From Octopus vulgaris (taxonomy: Eukaryota), in assembly GCA_951406725.2 (NCBI GenBank), contig OX597817.1, forward strand, positions 50,654,001 to 50,718,000: a stretch of DNA of 64,000 nucleotides. Reading direction: 5' to 3'. The stretch's first letter is position 1. Every line of letters starts with the position of its first letter. Under the pieces are notes generated by a model. It was not told the origin of the DNA. It ran no database searches and worked only from the letters and a program-made list of their open reading frames with translations. Of this stretch, positions 28,040 through 44,719 are shown one piece after another. The translations under genes were made by a program, and so were the position numbers.

Positions 28040-28847
28040 TTTAGAGAGCCATTGAACATGCATGTGGAACAAAATCCTGGGATTGGTTTTAAAAAATTGG
28101 CAAAATAAAAAGAAAGAGAGAGCGTAACTGTAGCAGCCCAAGGTCAAGCGATAAAAAACAAACAATTTGCGAAAAAATATTTATATGGAGAGAATGTGTC
28201 AGAAAAATGTAGTCTGTGCAACTTGGAGCGAGACAGTGACACACATTGTTGCAGAATGTCTCAAGTTGGCACAGGAAGAATATAAGAAATGGAGGCATGA
28301 CCAGTTCGTAAAAGTTATACACAAGAAACTGTACCAGAAATGAAGGTTTGAAGCTGGAAAAAATGGTGCAATAATCGAAAGAGTACTGGAGTCGGCGAAA
28401 TGTAAGATTCTCTGGGACTTACCTATTCAAACGGACGAGAAATTAAAAAATAATAGATAAGATATAATGGTAGTAGATAAGGAAAAACGAAGTTGCTTAC
28501 TTATCGACCCATCAGGCCTGTTTGATTCCAGGATCGTAAAGAAAGAAGAAAAAAAATAGAATCCCTTAAAGTATGAAATACGAAGAATTTGCGGCATGCG
28601 AACAGTAAAGGCCGTGCCTATAATAATAAGCATAGATATAGACAAATAGCTGAAGGAGATTGGAATAAAATGTCCGGTAGAGCTCCTGTAGAAATCTTGT
28701 CTTCTAGGGACAGCAAGGATTATCTGGAGTGTTCTAAGCATTTGAAAGGCTACTGAAAACTTTTGGATACCTAAGATTACAGGTATCCTACTAAGAATAA
28801 CACGGAATCTGAGCTGAACAATAACAATAATAATAATAATAATAATA
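28040..28847 (+). pseudogene. Decayed R4/Dong-like (RLE) LINE 3' end with (AAT)n tail
   Basis: Manual translation: CSLC, ETVTHIVAECLKLAQEEYKKWRHD, ILWDLPIQTDEKL, DIMVVDKEKRSCLLID; parallels the element at 56300-56970. Confidence 0.8.
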
Positions 28848-31023
28848 CATTGAAAACATTGTCACCGATACATGCTCTAAACACGCTCCCACGAAATCTA
28901 CTAACACAAACAGAAACCGGCTCCCTAAAAAGAAAAAAAACACTCATCAGGCGCATCAAAAGACTCAACAAAAGATTCAACCAATTAAAATATTCCCACA
29001 CACAACATCCACATTCAACAACAATGAAAAGGCTAGAGCTGGAAAAACTTCATCTGCAGACCGACATGAAAATCTCCATTGAAAATCAAAGAGCTGTGGA
29101 GGAACAGTGGGTAATCAAAAACATCAAACATAACCCAAAAGTGTTCTATTCTTATGCAAATAAGCATAGAACCACTGTCTCACCCATTGGGCCATTGATT
29201 GATGATAACGGCATTCCCCAACACGATGCTGAAGAAATGGCAGAAATACTGCAGAAACAATACTGCTCTGTCTTCAGTGTTCCCACTGATATTGACGTAA
29301 GAGAAGCGAACGAAGTTGACTCTCAACATTAAATCTCAGACATAACTTTCACTGCCACTGACATCATAGCAGCAATAAATGAGGTCAAATACTACTCTGC
29401 TGTAGGCCCTGATAGATTCCCCGCTAGTCTCCTGAAGGAATGTAGACACCAACTCGCAGTCTCTCTGACCAACCTCTGGAGAAATTCGTTAGACGCAGGT
29501 TATATACCGAAACAGTTTCTATCCCAGGCAGTCATCCCGGTTTTCAAACAGGGAAACAGATCCCTCGCACTCAACTATCGCCCAATCTCACTCACCCCCC
29601 ACATCATTAAAGTGTTTGAAAGAGTGTTAAGATCAAGGACAGCTGACTTCCTAGAGACCCACAAACTCCTAAATGCAAATCAACATGGCTTTCGCTGTAG
29701 CAGGGACTGTCTAATACAGCTCTTACACCACATTGAAGATGTACTCAAAGCCTTGGGAACATGTTCGTACTCTGATGTCATATATCTTGACTTCAGTAAA
29801 GTGTTAGGGTAGACCATAATATCCTACTCTCAAAATTGACAAATGTTGGAATCCGTGGAAAAGTTCTACACTGGATTAAGTACTTCCTGGCGAATAGAAC
29901 ACAACATGTTGTAGTTGATGGAGTCCACTCAAGCCCAGCAAAAGTCACCAGCGGTGTCCCCCAGGGGACTGTCTTGGGTCCGCTACTCTTCATAATTTAC
30001 ATAAACGACCTTTCCAGTGTCGTACATTACTGCAAAGTGAAAATATTTGCTGATGACACTAAGCTTCAGCAAATCGTCAATGAAGAAGCAGACCGAACTC
30101 AACTCCAGTCTGATCTATATGCTGTGAGTCAATGGGCAGACAGAAACAAAATGCAACTGAACGAGGGAAAATTTGAGCTGAAGCATTTTGGAAGAAATTC
30201 CTCACTAAAACAGCCATACTCTCTTCCTTCAGGGGAACCGCTCACAGCCTCTAACTATATCAGAGACCTGGGTGTAATTGTTGACGACGATCTCAGTTGG
30301 AGTGCACACATCAACAAGAAGGTCGATATAGCTCGTAGGATGAGTTCCTGGATCTTAAGGACTTTCCGGTCCAGAGAACACGGTGTCATCATACCACTTT
30401 TCTCCTCCTTTGTACGGCCACACCTCGAATACTGCTGCCCACTGTGGTCTCCCCATACAAGACAAAACATCTCGAGGATTGGATCACCCCAGAGGGCTCT
30501 CACTAAACAAATTGAAGGCATGGCTGCTCTCGATTATTGGGATCGCCTTAAAGCCTTGAAACTCTACTCTCTCCAGCGTCGCCGTGAGCGGTACATCATT
30601 TGTACGATATGGAGAATATACCGCCAAATTTGCCCAAACGACCTGAACATTAGCTTCAAGGTTCATCCAAGACTAGGACCACGGGCCATACGTCCCCTGC
30701 CCAATTCAAGATCACAGCATACATGTACACTACAACATAATTTATTTTCCTCAACAGGCCCTGCCCTATTTAACATTGTCCCGAAAGAGATCAAAGAGGA
30801 AAAGGATCCCATCAACTTTAAACGGAGTCTGGATAGATTCCTTCAAGGAATACCAGATAAGCCACCCATAATTGGATACAACTCACCCAACAAAAACTCA
30901 CTACTTGAATGGACCATAAACAAAACTTGACTTAAACAGGAATCAAATAATCCTATCATGTGGTGCTATTAAGTTAGACATGGCCTGGACCAATCTTTGG
31001 TCGAAACATATCTAAGTTTATCT
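28848..31023 (+). mobile_element. CR1-group LINE, 5'-truncated, RT disrupted by stops/frameshifts
   Basis: [49 protein letters not shown]; ORF pieces 28850-29332, 29612-29812 and 29836-30930; 3' UTR stem-loop. Confidence 0.95.
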
Positions 31024-31027
31024 AATA

Positions 31028-31079
<52 letters not shown>

Positions 31080-31192
31080 GATGAAGAAGAAGAAGAAGAA
31101 GAAGAAGAAGAAGAAGAAGAAGAAGAATCACTCCTACTACTGCACTCATCATTATCCTAATCATCATCAACATCATCATCATCATTGTTAGC

Positions 31193-32190
31193 AAGGCGGC
31201 GAGCTTGCAGAATCGTTAGCGCGTCAGACTAATTGCTTAACAGAATTTCTTCCGTCACTTTACGTTCTGGATTCAACTTCTATTGAGATCAGCTTTGCCA
31301 TTCATCCTTTCAAGGAAAAGAAAATAACAAGGAATAGGGCACTAAGGTCAAACAATCGACTATCCTCTCCACCTTAAAATCATAGCTGGCTCACTTGCAA
31401 AATTTCAAACCATTGTTATTAATGACATTGGTTTCAATTTTTGGAATAAGGCCAGCAAATTCGGGAGCGATTGAGCGTCGATTACATTGACCTCAGTACT
31501 CAACTGGTACATAATTTATCGATCCCAAAAGGATAAAACGTAAAGTCGACCTCAGCGGAATTTGGACTCAGAACATAAAGACGATCGAAGAACCGGTGAG
31601 TATTTTTGGCCGACGTGCTGAAGCTTCTGCCAGCTCACCGCCTTCAGTCTTGTTATTAATAATAATGATATTCTTTATTATTAAGGCGGCGGTCTGGCAG
31701 AATCGTGAGGACACTGGACAAAATTGCTTACCGGCACTTCGTTCGTCCTTATATTCTGAATTCCAATTCCACCGAGGCCGATTTACACCTACTACAAAAT
31801 TGCTGTCCTTGTATCGCCGGGCGAAATGCGCAGCCGTATTTCGTCTGCCGTTACGTTCTGAGTTCAAATTCCGCCGAGGTCGACTTTGCCTTTCATCCTT
31901 TCGAGGTCGATTAAATAAGTACCAGTTACGCACTGGAGTCGATGTTATCGACTTAATCCGTCTGTCTGTCCTTGTTTGTCCTCACTGTGTGTAACCTCTT
32001 GTCGGTAGTAAAGAAATAGGTATTTCGTCTGCCGCTACGTTCTGAGTTCAAATTCTACAGAGGTCGACTTTGCCTTTCATTCTTTCGGGGTCGATAAATT
32101 AAGTACCAGTTACGCATTGGGGTGGATGTAATATACTGGTCCCCACCCCTATAATTTCAGGCCTTGTGACTATAAAAGAAAGAATTATTA
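31193..32190. mobile_element. Cluster of SINE B copies in both orientations
   Basis: About 31193-31400 +, 31430-31645 -, 31682-32190 +. Confidence 0.8.
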
Positions 32191-32464
32191 ATGTAATGGT
32201 GGTAGTGGAATGTTTGGACGAGAGGGCAAAAACAGTGCGAACACATTTAAATTCATTGCAGGCTTTAAATTAGAATACGTGAGGTTAATTGTGTTAAAGG
32301 AGACAGTTTTATTGTTGACAGAAGGGACACGTCAACTGAAAAGGCATTCAGGAAATATATAATGAAGAGGGATTAGAATGTCTAAATCAGATATGGTTAG
32401 TGCGTCTCTCAAACTTTCCGTAAAAAAAAATTACAATAAAAATGTTTATGAACATGTAAGTATG

Positions 32465-32531
<67 letters not shown>

Positions 32532-32614
32532 TGATTTATTTATATATACGTGTGTGATGATGCGTGTGTGCTAATTTTGTATGAATATATACACGGATAC
32601 ACACACACACACAC

Positions 32615-32666
<52 letters not shown>

Positions 32667-32829
32667 ATGTGTGTAAATATATATATATATATACACAAAT
32701 TATTTTATTTTATATTTCATTGTATCAAATGATTTACAGAATAATTATAAAAGATGTCAACTACTGATATATGAGTATGAATTTAAATAAATTCTTTCTC
32801 GTGTGATATATGTTCATCAATGTGTGGGC

Positions 32830-32874
<45 letters not shown>

Positions 32875-33009
32875 TGAGAAAGTTGGTTTCTTCTAAACTA
32901 TGTCATTGTATGAAAAAAATTTATAACATTCTTCAGACATATTGACTCAAATATACATTTTTTAACCTTTTAAAACAAGCCTTCTGTAGTTTTTTCACTT
33001 TTTACTATT

Positions 33010-33052
<43 letters not shown>

Positions 33053-33538
33053 AAAATAACTATTTCACTACATCTTTTCGAAAGGAATTTTCTCAAACAA
33101 CCAGCAAGGCGTTTGTCATATTGATGGATAATGTTTGTCGTTTTCCATTAAATCGCGTTATTGACATTTAACATCAGCACATATCTTAAACTGTTCCTAG
33201 TTTTTTTTTGTTTTTTTTCTGTTCTAATTCAAACTACGAAATGAAGGGCAAATATATGTCAGGTAAACTATACAAAACACTCTCGGCCTTGTATATGTAA
33301 TAAGGTAGAAATATGTGTATAAATAAATGAATAAATGGTTGCGTGTCTATGAGCGTATCACCCTTTGATATGTGAGAAACTAAAACCATTCAGCAAGCTT
33401 TCGTAGTCTGGAAAGTGAAAACTCTGAAATACACACACATACATACATATATACACACACACACATATATACACACACACATACATACAAACATACATAC
33501 ACACACACATACATACATACACACACACACATACATAC

Positions 33539-33602
<64 letters not shown>

Positions 33603-33959
33603 GCATGTATATATGCATACATGTGTACAGAACGTCCCCAACAGCAGACAACATGATATGCAAAAACAAATGAGTCTAAGTTACTCTATCCAGGTTACAA
33701 GTTCAGGTTTCTACCTGCAATTATCGCGATGTTAAGATATGTAAAACACTATCTAATTGCTAATCTTGAAAAATTAAGCTTCTGAAAACTAGAAAAGAGA
33801 AAGTAGATTCGAAGCCTAAGATCCAAGCTATCACTGGAACTGTGAAAATCTGTAAATCTTTCCGGAGGTTTATTATTTAAATACATATGAGCATATCTAG
33901 ATATCCAAGTACATGCACGAGAAGACATACATAACACAAAACATACAAATCTGTTCGTG

Positions 33960-34625
33960 TACATACATACATACATACATACATACATACATACATACAT
34001 ACATACATACATACATACATACATACATACATACATACGTACATACATACATACATATATACATACATACAAAAATACCATGATGTCGATGTTGAAATTC
34101 CAATGAAAGAACATTGGATCTGGTTAGAACCCGAGTCTTTCTCTATTGGCAAGAAACCTTGAAATAAAACTGAATAATGACATTATGTATGTAGATATGT
34201 ATGTGTGTGTGTATGTGTGTAAGTATGTATGTATGTATGTAGATATGTATGTGTGTGTGTGTAAGTATGTATGTATGTATGTATGTGTGTATGTATGTAT
34301 GTATATACATATGTATGTGTGTATGTATGTATATATATATGTGTGCATGTATGTATATACATGTGTATGTATGTATGTATGTATGTGTGCATGTGTGCAT
34401 GCATGCATGCATGTATGTATGTATGTATGTATGTATGTGTGTATGTATGCATGTATTTATGTATGTATGTGTGTATGTGTGCATGCATTTATGTATGTGT
34501 GTAGGTATGCATGTATGTATGTGTGTATGTATGTATGTATGTATGTATGTATGTATGTATGTGTGTATGTATGCATGCATGCATTTATGTATGTATGTAT
34601 GTATGTATGTACGTACGTATGTATG
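33960..34625. repeat. (CATA)n and (TATG)n arrays flanking a ~115-bp dispersed repeat
   Basis: Core 34070-34185 is the inverse homolog of 25958-26070. Confidence 0.85.
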
Positions 34626-34989
34626 GAGATTATGGCAAGGAATTTTCGTTAATTGAATTTAAGTTAAATTATAACATTTATCACCAAAATAGATACGGTC
34701 TTTTTCACTAGACTAAAAGCAAATTGCATACATTTCTCATCATATTTAATCAATGTTGATAAAAATGATAAAGTATTCCTTATTTTTCAGACATTAATTC
34801 AAATGGAACATATGCAATTAAATGATTAATTAGCAATATAGGAAGATATTTACAGTAGGATACTATATACATGTAAATTAAATCTATTTAAAATTATTGC
34901 ATTTTTCGAATACTAAAAGAGAAATTATTCTTAATACGCACGTGAGAGTAAGTTTCAATTAATCATATACACATAAATATGTTTGTGTG

Positions 34990-37734
<2,745 letters not shown>

Positions 37735-37909
37735 ATAAATATTAGGGAATAAATCCAAATTTACAGGGAAAAAATCAGATTTAGGATTAAATCCAATTTT
37801 ATAGTAAAATATTATAAAATATTATTAGAGACAAAACCACTATTTTGCAAAACAAACAAGGAAAGCCTTAATCAATACATAAAATTTTAATAAATAGTCA
37901 AAAAAACCG

Positions 37910-37952
37910 CCACTACAATTGTTTCTTGTCTTGATCGACAATCTTCAGGTGG
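37910..37952 (-). ncRNA. Minimal type I hammerhead ribozyme motif
   Basis: Reverse strand: ccac-CTGAAGA-ttgtc-gatcaa-gacaa-GAAAC-aatt-GTA-gtgg. Confidence 0.85.
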
Positions 37953-39531
37953 ACCTCCAATCTAAAATATCAATATTTTAAAATATAAAAATAATAATTT
38001 TTAAATAATTAAAGTATGAATGAAAAAATATAAATATATAATCCATATATAACCTATATATAATCCATATATAATCAATATATAAACAATATATAAACTA
38101 AAATAAACCTATCAACAATTAAATATAAAATATAAAATATAAAATATAAAATATAAAACAAAACAAAAAAATAATAATAATATAATAATAAACTATATAT
38201 ACACCCATACACATATACCTAATTATATATAACCATATCTAACTACATACACTAAATCACACACCTATATATATATCCCTATACATACACATAAAAACGT
38301 CTAGGCAACTATAAATAAATAAAATAGCTAAATACTTCAACACAATACTTATTCATACTCCCACACACACACACATACAACCCACATTCACGCTCTAGAA
38401 AACGGACATCACTTAAAATTATGAACGGAGAAATGGAATAAATGGAATTAAAAATTATATTCACTTGGTAAAACGAACACTACTTAAAAATTATGAATGA
38501 AACAATGCAATAAAACAACAGACATCGCAAATAGACACAAATTACTACGAATTCCTTAACAAACCTACCATGATAATCCAAAACTCATAAAAACATATAA
38601 TGATAAAATCTCCCTTTACTAAACTCTATAACATACCTATATAGCAATCCCCCTAACCTAAACATTCACACACAAATACACACACATAAACCACACACCC
38701 ACGACATATACAAATACCCACACCACTTACACATACCTATACATACATACCATGATAAGCTAAAACTCACAAAACATAAATGATAAAACCTCCCTTTACT
38801 AAACACTATAACATACTTATATAGCAATCCCTTTAACCTATACATTCACACACAAATACACACACGTAAACCACACACCCATAACAAATACAAACACCCA
38901 CCCACTCACACACACCCACAAGTACATATAAGCCTCAACATATACACCAAACAAAATTACTTTACCAAGGAACTTAACATATGTATAAAAAATATATAAC
39001 CGCTCTGGAAACGAGCATCTTTAAAATAATGAATGGAGAAATGGAATAAATGGAATTAAAAATAATATTCACGTGGCAAAACGAACACCACTCAAAAATT
39101 ATGAATGAAACAATGTAATAAAACAACCAACATCGAAAATAGACAAATTACCACGAATTCCCTAAAAAAAACCATGATAAACCAAAACTCTTAAAAACAT
39201 ATAACGATAAAATCTCCCTTTGCTAAACTCTATAACAAACCTATATAGCAATCCCCCTAACCTAAACATTCACACACAAAAAGACACACACATAAACCAC
39301 AGACCCACAACTTATACACATACCTATACTAACTTATAAACCTCAATATACACCAAAAACCCACTCCCTCCCACACAGACAAATTAACACATACATCCCA
39401 AAACCTTGATTATATATGGATTATATATAGGTTATATATGGATTATATATTTATATTTTATCATTCATACTTTAATTATTTTAAAATTATTATTTTTATA
39501 TTTTAAAATATTGATATTTTAGATTGGAGGT

Positions 39532-39574
39532 CCACCTGAAGATTGTCGATCAAGACAAGAAACAATTGTAGTGG
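39532..39574 (+). ncRNA. Minimal type I hammerhead ribozyme motif
   Basis: ccac-CTGAAGA-ttgtc-gatcaa-gacaa-GAAAC-aatt-GTA-gtgg. Confidence 0.85.
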
Positions 39575-39667
39575 CGGTTTTTTTGACTATTTATTAAAAT
39601 TTTATGTATTGATTAAGGCTTTCCTTGTTTGTTTTGCAAAATAGTGGTTTTGTCTCTAATAATATTT

Positions 39668-39710
<43 letters not shown>

Positions 39711-41277
39711 GAGCAGCAGCAGAACTGCTCTTTAATCTAATGGATGAATACTTCCTGACTCAGCTAGTGCTCGAATCAACGAGACAGAATAAAACGATCT
39801 TGGATCTTGTATTGACCAATCACTCTAGCTTCGTTCGCAGTATTTCAGTTGAAAAAACTCTCCTCTCAGACCACTACATGGTATTCTGCAATTTTAATTC
39901 CAAACCAGCCAATCCCACTCCATCGCACTCATTTGACAGCATAAACTTCCACAAAGCAGACTGGCGAGCAATCAGAAAGGATCTGTCTTTCATCGACTGG
40001 TCTTTTACTCTCAATTCCACCCATATTGAGACTGCATGGCAGCACTTTGACAACATTGTCACCTATACATGCTCTAAACACGCTCCCACGAGATCTACTA
40101 TCACAAACAGAAACCAGCTCCCTAAAAAGAAAAAAAAACACTCATCAGGCGCATCAAAAGACTCAACAAAAAAATCAACCAATTAAAATATTCCCACACA
40201 CAACATCCACATTCAACAACAATGAAAAGGCTAGAGCTGGAAAAACTTCATCTGCAGACCGACATGAAAATCTCCATTGAAAATCAAAGAGCTGTGGAGG
40301 AACAGTGGGTAATCAAAAACATCAAACATAACCCAAAAGTGTTCTATTCTTATGCAAATAAACATAGTACCACAGTCTCACCCATTGGGCCATTGATTGA
40401 TGATAACGGCATTCCCCAACACGATGCTAAAGAAATGGCAGAAATACTGCAGAAACAATACTGCTCTGTCTTTAGTGTTCCCACTGATTTTTAACGTAAG
40501 AGAAGCGAACGAAGTTGATTCCCAACGTAAAATCTCAGACATAACTTTCACTTCACTGACATCATAGCAGCAATAAATGAGGTCAAATACTACTCTGCTG
40601 TAGGCCCTGATAGCTTTCCCGCTAGTCTCCTGAAGGAATGTAGACACCAACTCGCAGTCCCTCTGACCAACCTCTGGAGAAATTCGTTAGACGCAGGTCT
40701 AAGGAAACAATTTCTATCCCAGTCAGTCATCCCGCTTTTCAAACAGGGAAACAGATCCCTCGCACTCAACTATCGCCCAATCTCACCCCCCCCACATCAT
40801 TAAAGTGTTTGAAAGAGTGTTAAGATCAAGGATAGCTGACTTCCTGGAGACCCACAAACTCCTAAATGCAAATCAGCATCGCTTTCGCTGTAGCAGGGAC
40901 TGTCTAACACAGCTCTTACACCATATTGAAGATGTACTCAAAGCCTTGGGAACAGGTTCGAACTCTGATGTCATATATCTTGACTTCAGTAAAGCGTTCG
41001 ACAGGGTAGACCATAATATCCCACTCTCAAAATTAGCAAATGTTGGAATCCGTGGAAAAGTTCTACACTGGATCAAGTATTTCCTGGCGAATAGAACACA
41101 ACATGTTGTAGTTGACGGAGTCCACTCAAGCCCAGCAAAAGTCACCAGCAGTGTCCCCCAGGGGACTGTCTTGGGTCCGCTATTCTTCATAATATACATA
41201 AACGACCTTTCCAGCGTCGTACCTTACTGCAAAGTGAAAATATTTGCTGATGACACTAAGCTTCAGCAAATCGTCAT
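39711..41277 (+). mobile_element. CR1-group LINE internal fragment (end of APE domain to RT FADD), truncated at both ends
   Basis: ILDLVLTN..SDH (APE); LDFSKAFDRVDH, PQGTVLGP, FADDTK; near-identical to 28848-30078. Confidence 0.95.
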
Positions 41278-41319
41278 ATATATATATATACAAATATATA
41301 TGCATATATATACATATAT

Positions 41320-41773
41320 TATGGGTGCCCCCTCGTTATCGAGTATGGCCATAGCACGAAGCTTAATTGTTACTGGTGCTGTGATCGAATGGGACTTTTT
41401 AGCCCAGCTAAAGATCTATAATGTCTTGTACAAAATTAGCAACTAACTCCTTTACTGGTAATAGCCGGCTGTAGTTGTAACTGGGCTTCATGTACCTTTG
41501 CATGTCGTTTAAGTCCACCTGCCGAATTACACTTTCTTCCACATGCCCGACAGATATGATTAGTATGGTGTGTTACACCACCACCAGTGGCCAGGTTGTC
41601 ACTCATCTGTCTCATTTTATGACTACGAAGATGACTCATGAGTCAAGCTTTACTGAGGCAGGGTCTTGCACAGACATTGCATGTCAGAATCAAAGGAAGA
41701 CCCTTCCCTTCTGGAAGTGTAACAGCGATGCCCTTCCTGACATCCCTCCTTACTTTCTCATGTGCAACTCGAG
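41320..41773 (-). mobile_element. RTE-like LINE 3' end with two C2H2 fingers
   Basis: CNVCARPCLSKA..MSHLRSH and CRACGRKCNSAGGLKRHAKVH. Confidence 0.65.
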
Positions 41774-41850
41774 ATATATATACATATATACATACATATA
41801 CACATATATATATACATATATATATATACATACATAATGCATATATATAA

Positions 41851-41904
<54 letters not shown>

Positions 41905-42158
41905 GTACATATATATACATATGGAAAATAGGACAAGGTAGAAAATGGTATAATAATTTTATCATGAAGAACATTTTAGGGAAGTTTCAGTCTTTACGAT
42001 TTTTTTAACTTAGAGTAAAGCTTGAAAAGTTAAATTAAATGTTTTTTTTATATAATATTTCCATAATTTTCGAATACGTGGGGCATTTTTCTTTTTTCTG
42101 TCTCTATCTTTTACTTTTGTGAAGGCTTGGTATATGCATATATATATATATATATATA

Positions 42159-42353
42159 TTTATTATATAGAAGGAGCTTCTACAAGACTAGAACTGTTTC
42201 ATTCAAGAGAAATCTTCAGGGCTTCCTGAAGATTTCTCTTGAATGAAACAGTTCTAGTCCTGTAGAAGCTCCTTCTATATAATAAATTAATTTTACTCTG
42301 CTATGTATTGAGTACCTTATTTACTGTGGTGAACCCCGAATCAACCCGGGACC

Positions 42354-42357
<4 letters not shown>
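42159..42357 (+). mobile_element. Mini fold-back element (arms 42159-42220 / 42225-42286, plus ~70-nt tail) in (TA)n
   Basis: Near-perfect palindrome consisting almost entirely of a hammerhead. Confidence 0.8.
42221..42269 (+). ncRNA. Type I hammerhead ribozyme motif
   Basis: gcttc-CTGAAGA-tttc-tctt-gaat-GAAACAG-ttctagtc-CTGTA-gaagc. Confidence 0.8.
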
Positions 42358-42400
<43 letters not shown>

Positions 42401-42544
42401 TTGGCGATATAGGTACTCATGTAGTACCCTTGTATATATATATATGTACATATTTAATATTGTATTTATCTATTTTATTAATTTGCCTGTACGGCTAATA
42501 ATTCGCTTACCTCTCGTGGTGGTATTTTAATAATACCATCCCTA

Positions 42545-42584
<40 letters not shown>

Positions 42585-42654
42585 CATACATACATATGCT
42601 CATATATAAATAAACACTATAACATGTCTCTACGTATATATATATATATATATC

Positions 42655-42912
42655 TTCTAACTTTTAAATGTTTCAAGCACGGGACAGTATTCATGCTGGG
42701 GCACCGCCTTGGAGCAACTTAGCCGAGTGAATGGACGCCAGTAGTTATTTTTATATTTTTAAAGCCAGGTACTTGCTCGTCCGAACTCTTTAACCGAACT
42801 GGTAACTTACAGGTACACAAACACACAAATGTCGGTTGAGAAGCTACGGGGAGGACAAACACAGACACACGCACTCATGCACGCGCGTGCGCACACATAC
42901 CCACACGCACAA

Positions 42913-42943
<31 letters not shown>

Positions 42944-43105
42944 TACATATATATACGACGAGCTTCCGTCTAGCAAAGCAACTCAGAAGGCTTTTGTCAA
43001 CCTGTCCCTATAGTAGAAGACTATACTAGAAGTCCAAGATTCCGCACAGTGTGACCAGACACAGTTTCATGCGGTTGAAAATGCAAACTTTTTACCACAC
43101 GACCA
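42655..43105 (-). mobile_element. SINE family A, diverged
   Basis: catgctggggcaccgcctt tail; family A internal motifs. Confidence 0.7.
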
Positions 43106-44056
43106 ATATATTTCGTAATGGTATTTAGATTAAGTATTTCAGATAAATTCTGTTTTGCCTAAGAATTATAAGAACAAATCATGACATATTTTGTCATGAT
43201 CACTAAATCCACTGTACAAAGTGGTTCGCGTTAGAAATAGCTTCCAGTTGTAGAAACCATGCTAAAGGGAACACTGAATGCATTCCTCTCACTTACGGTA
43301 GTTTTCAAACCATGCCACCATGAAATAACAGACGTTTGATGATTAGAACGACGACGACGACGAAGACGACAATGATGAAAAGAGAACCTCTACGCTGGTT
43401 TCAAAGTGCCTTTTATAATAAACCCAATCATTGAACTAAGTACTTTGGCCACTAAATCCTTTGTAATGTTCCTTCTGCATTAAATATTCATATGCCATAT
43501 GATATGTAAATAGCATTGTTCAGTTATAAAATCTGCTGAGAATGCTATTGTTATATGTGTGTGCAGGATGTGCATTTATACACATTGCATGATTCTACAT
43601 GATTTTCTTGACACCCGTACATGAGCGGGTACGTACTGTGTTGTTGATATAAAACATTTGCAGTTACAGCAGTTCTTGTCACGTTAGAGGAAAATATGAG
43701 TTATTGTCTTCTGGCTAATAGCAAACTTGTAATGAAGCGTGTTATATAGATATCAAACTTCTAACGAAGCGTGTTATGTAGATATCAAATATCTAATGAA
43801 GTGTGTTATGTAGATATCAAAGTTGTAACGAAGCATGTATGTAAGTATTTATTTACGACGGGATTCTGTCAGTTTACGCTTAACAAATCCAATTACAAGG
43901 CTTTGCTCAGCCCGAGGCTGTAGTAGAAGACACTTCCCAGTGGCAATGAACCCGGAACCATATGGTTGGGAGGTAAATTTCACGCCACATAGCCAGGCTT
44001 GTGCACACGCACATAGATATACGAATGTAGTTCCACATTATATATATATATATATT

Positions 44057-44261
44057 AATTTAGAGACAGTAAGCCCTTACATCTCACCATATAAAAATAA
44101 TTATTATTATTTTTATTTTAAATACCTACTGTTTTATTTAAAATAAAAATAAAAATTCTTTTTATATGGTGAGATGTAGGGGCCTACTATCTCTAAATGA
44201 AAATATGTCTTCATTGAGAATAATTTAAACCTCTGTTATGCCGGAATTTTTATTCCCTAAA

Positions 44262-44268
<7 letters not shown>
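44057..44268 (+). mobile_element. Fold-back element plus tail in (TA)n, no ribozyme visible
   Basis: ttagagacagtaagcccttacatctcaccatataaaaa is the inverse of 44159-44197; tail ends ttattccctaa, like the 37731 family. Confidence 0.65.
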
Positions 44269-44324
<56 letters not shown>

Positions 44325-44399
44325 AAAACTGTATAAATTTTTAATTTTGTTTATATTTTTTTTTGCATTCCTGTTGGACCCCTTTTATTTGTCCATGAC

Positions 44400-44719
44400 A
44401 GCTTATTTCAATTTGGCAGCAATCATTTTCTTTACCTCCACCCCCAAGTTGGAGCAATCATTTAACTGAGCTTAAAGAACATATTCAGTTAGCAGTGCAG
44501 GAGTTAACTCCTGAAACGCTTCAAAATGTGTTTCACAAAGCTGAGGTGAGATTTGAAGAATGCAGGGAAAACAGACAAGTCGAAGATGTTCAATAAAAGC
44601 TTGACATAAGATCTATATATGTATTTTTTTTTATAATAAACATAAAATTCTGTCAGTTCTTTTTTTTTATATTAGATCAATTCCATTGAAACAGATCGTT
44701 AATTGTGGAACACCCTGTA
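44400..44719 (+). pseudogene. Tc1/mariner-type transposon 3' end
   Basis: LTELKEHIQLAVQELTPETLQNVF..RFEEC; terminal gaacaccctg-TA. Confidence 0.6.

Noticed and set aside
30970-31015. LINE 3' stem plus GAAAC as a hammerhead
   Set aside because: No CUGANGA; better explained as the LINE recognition stem-loop.
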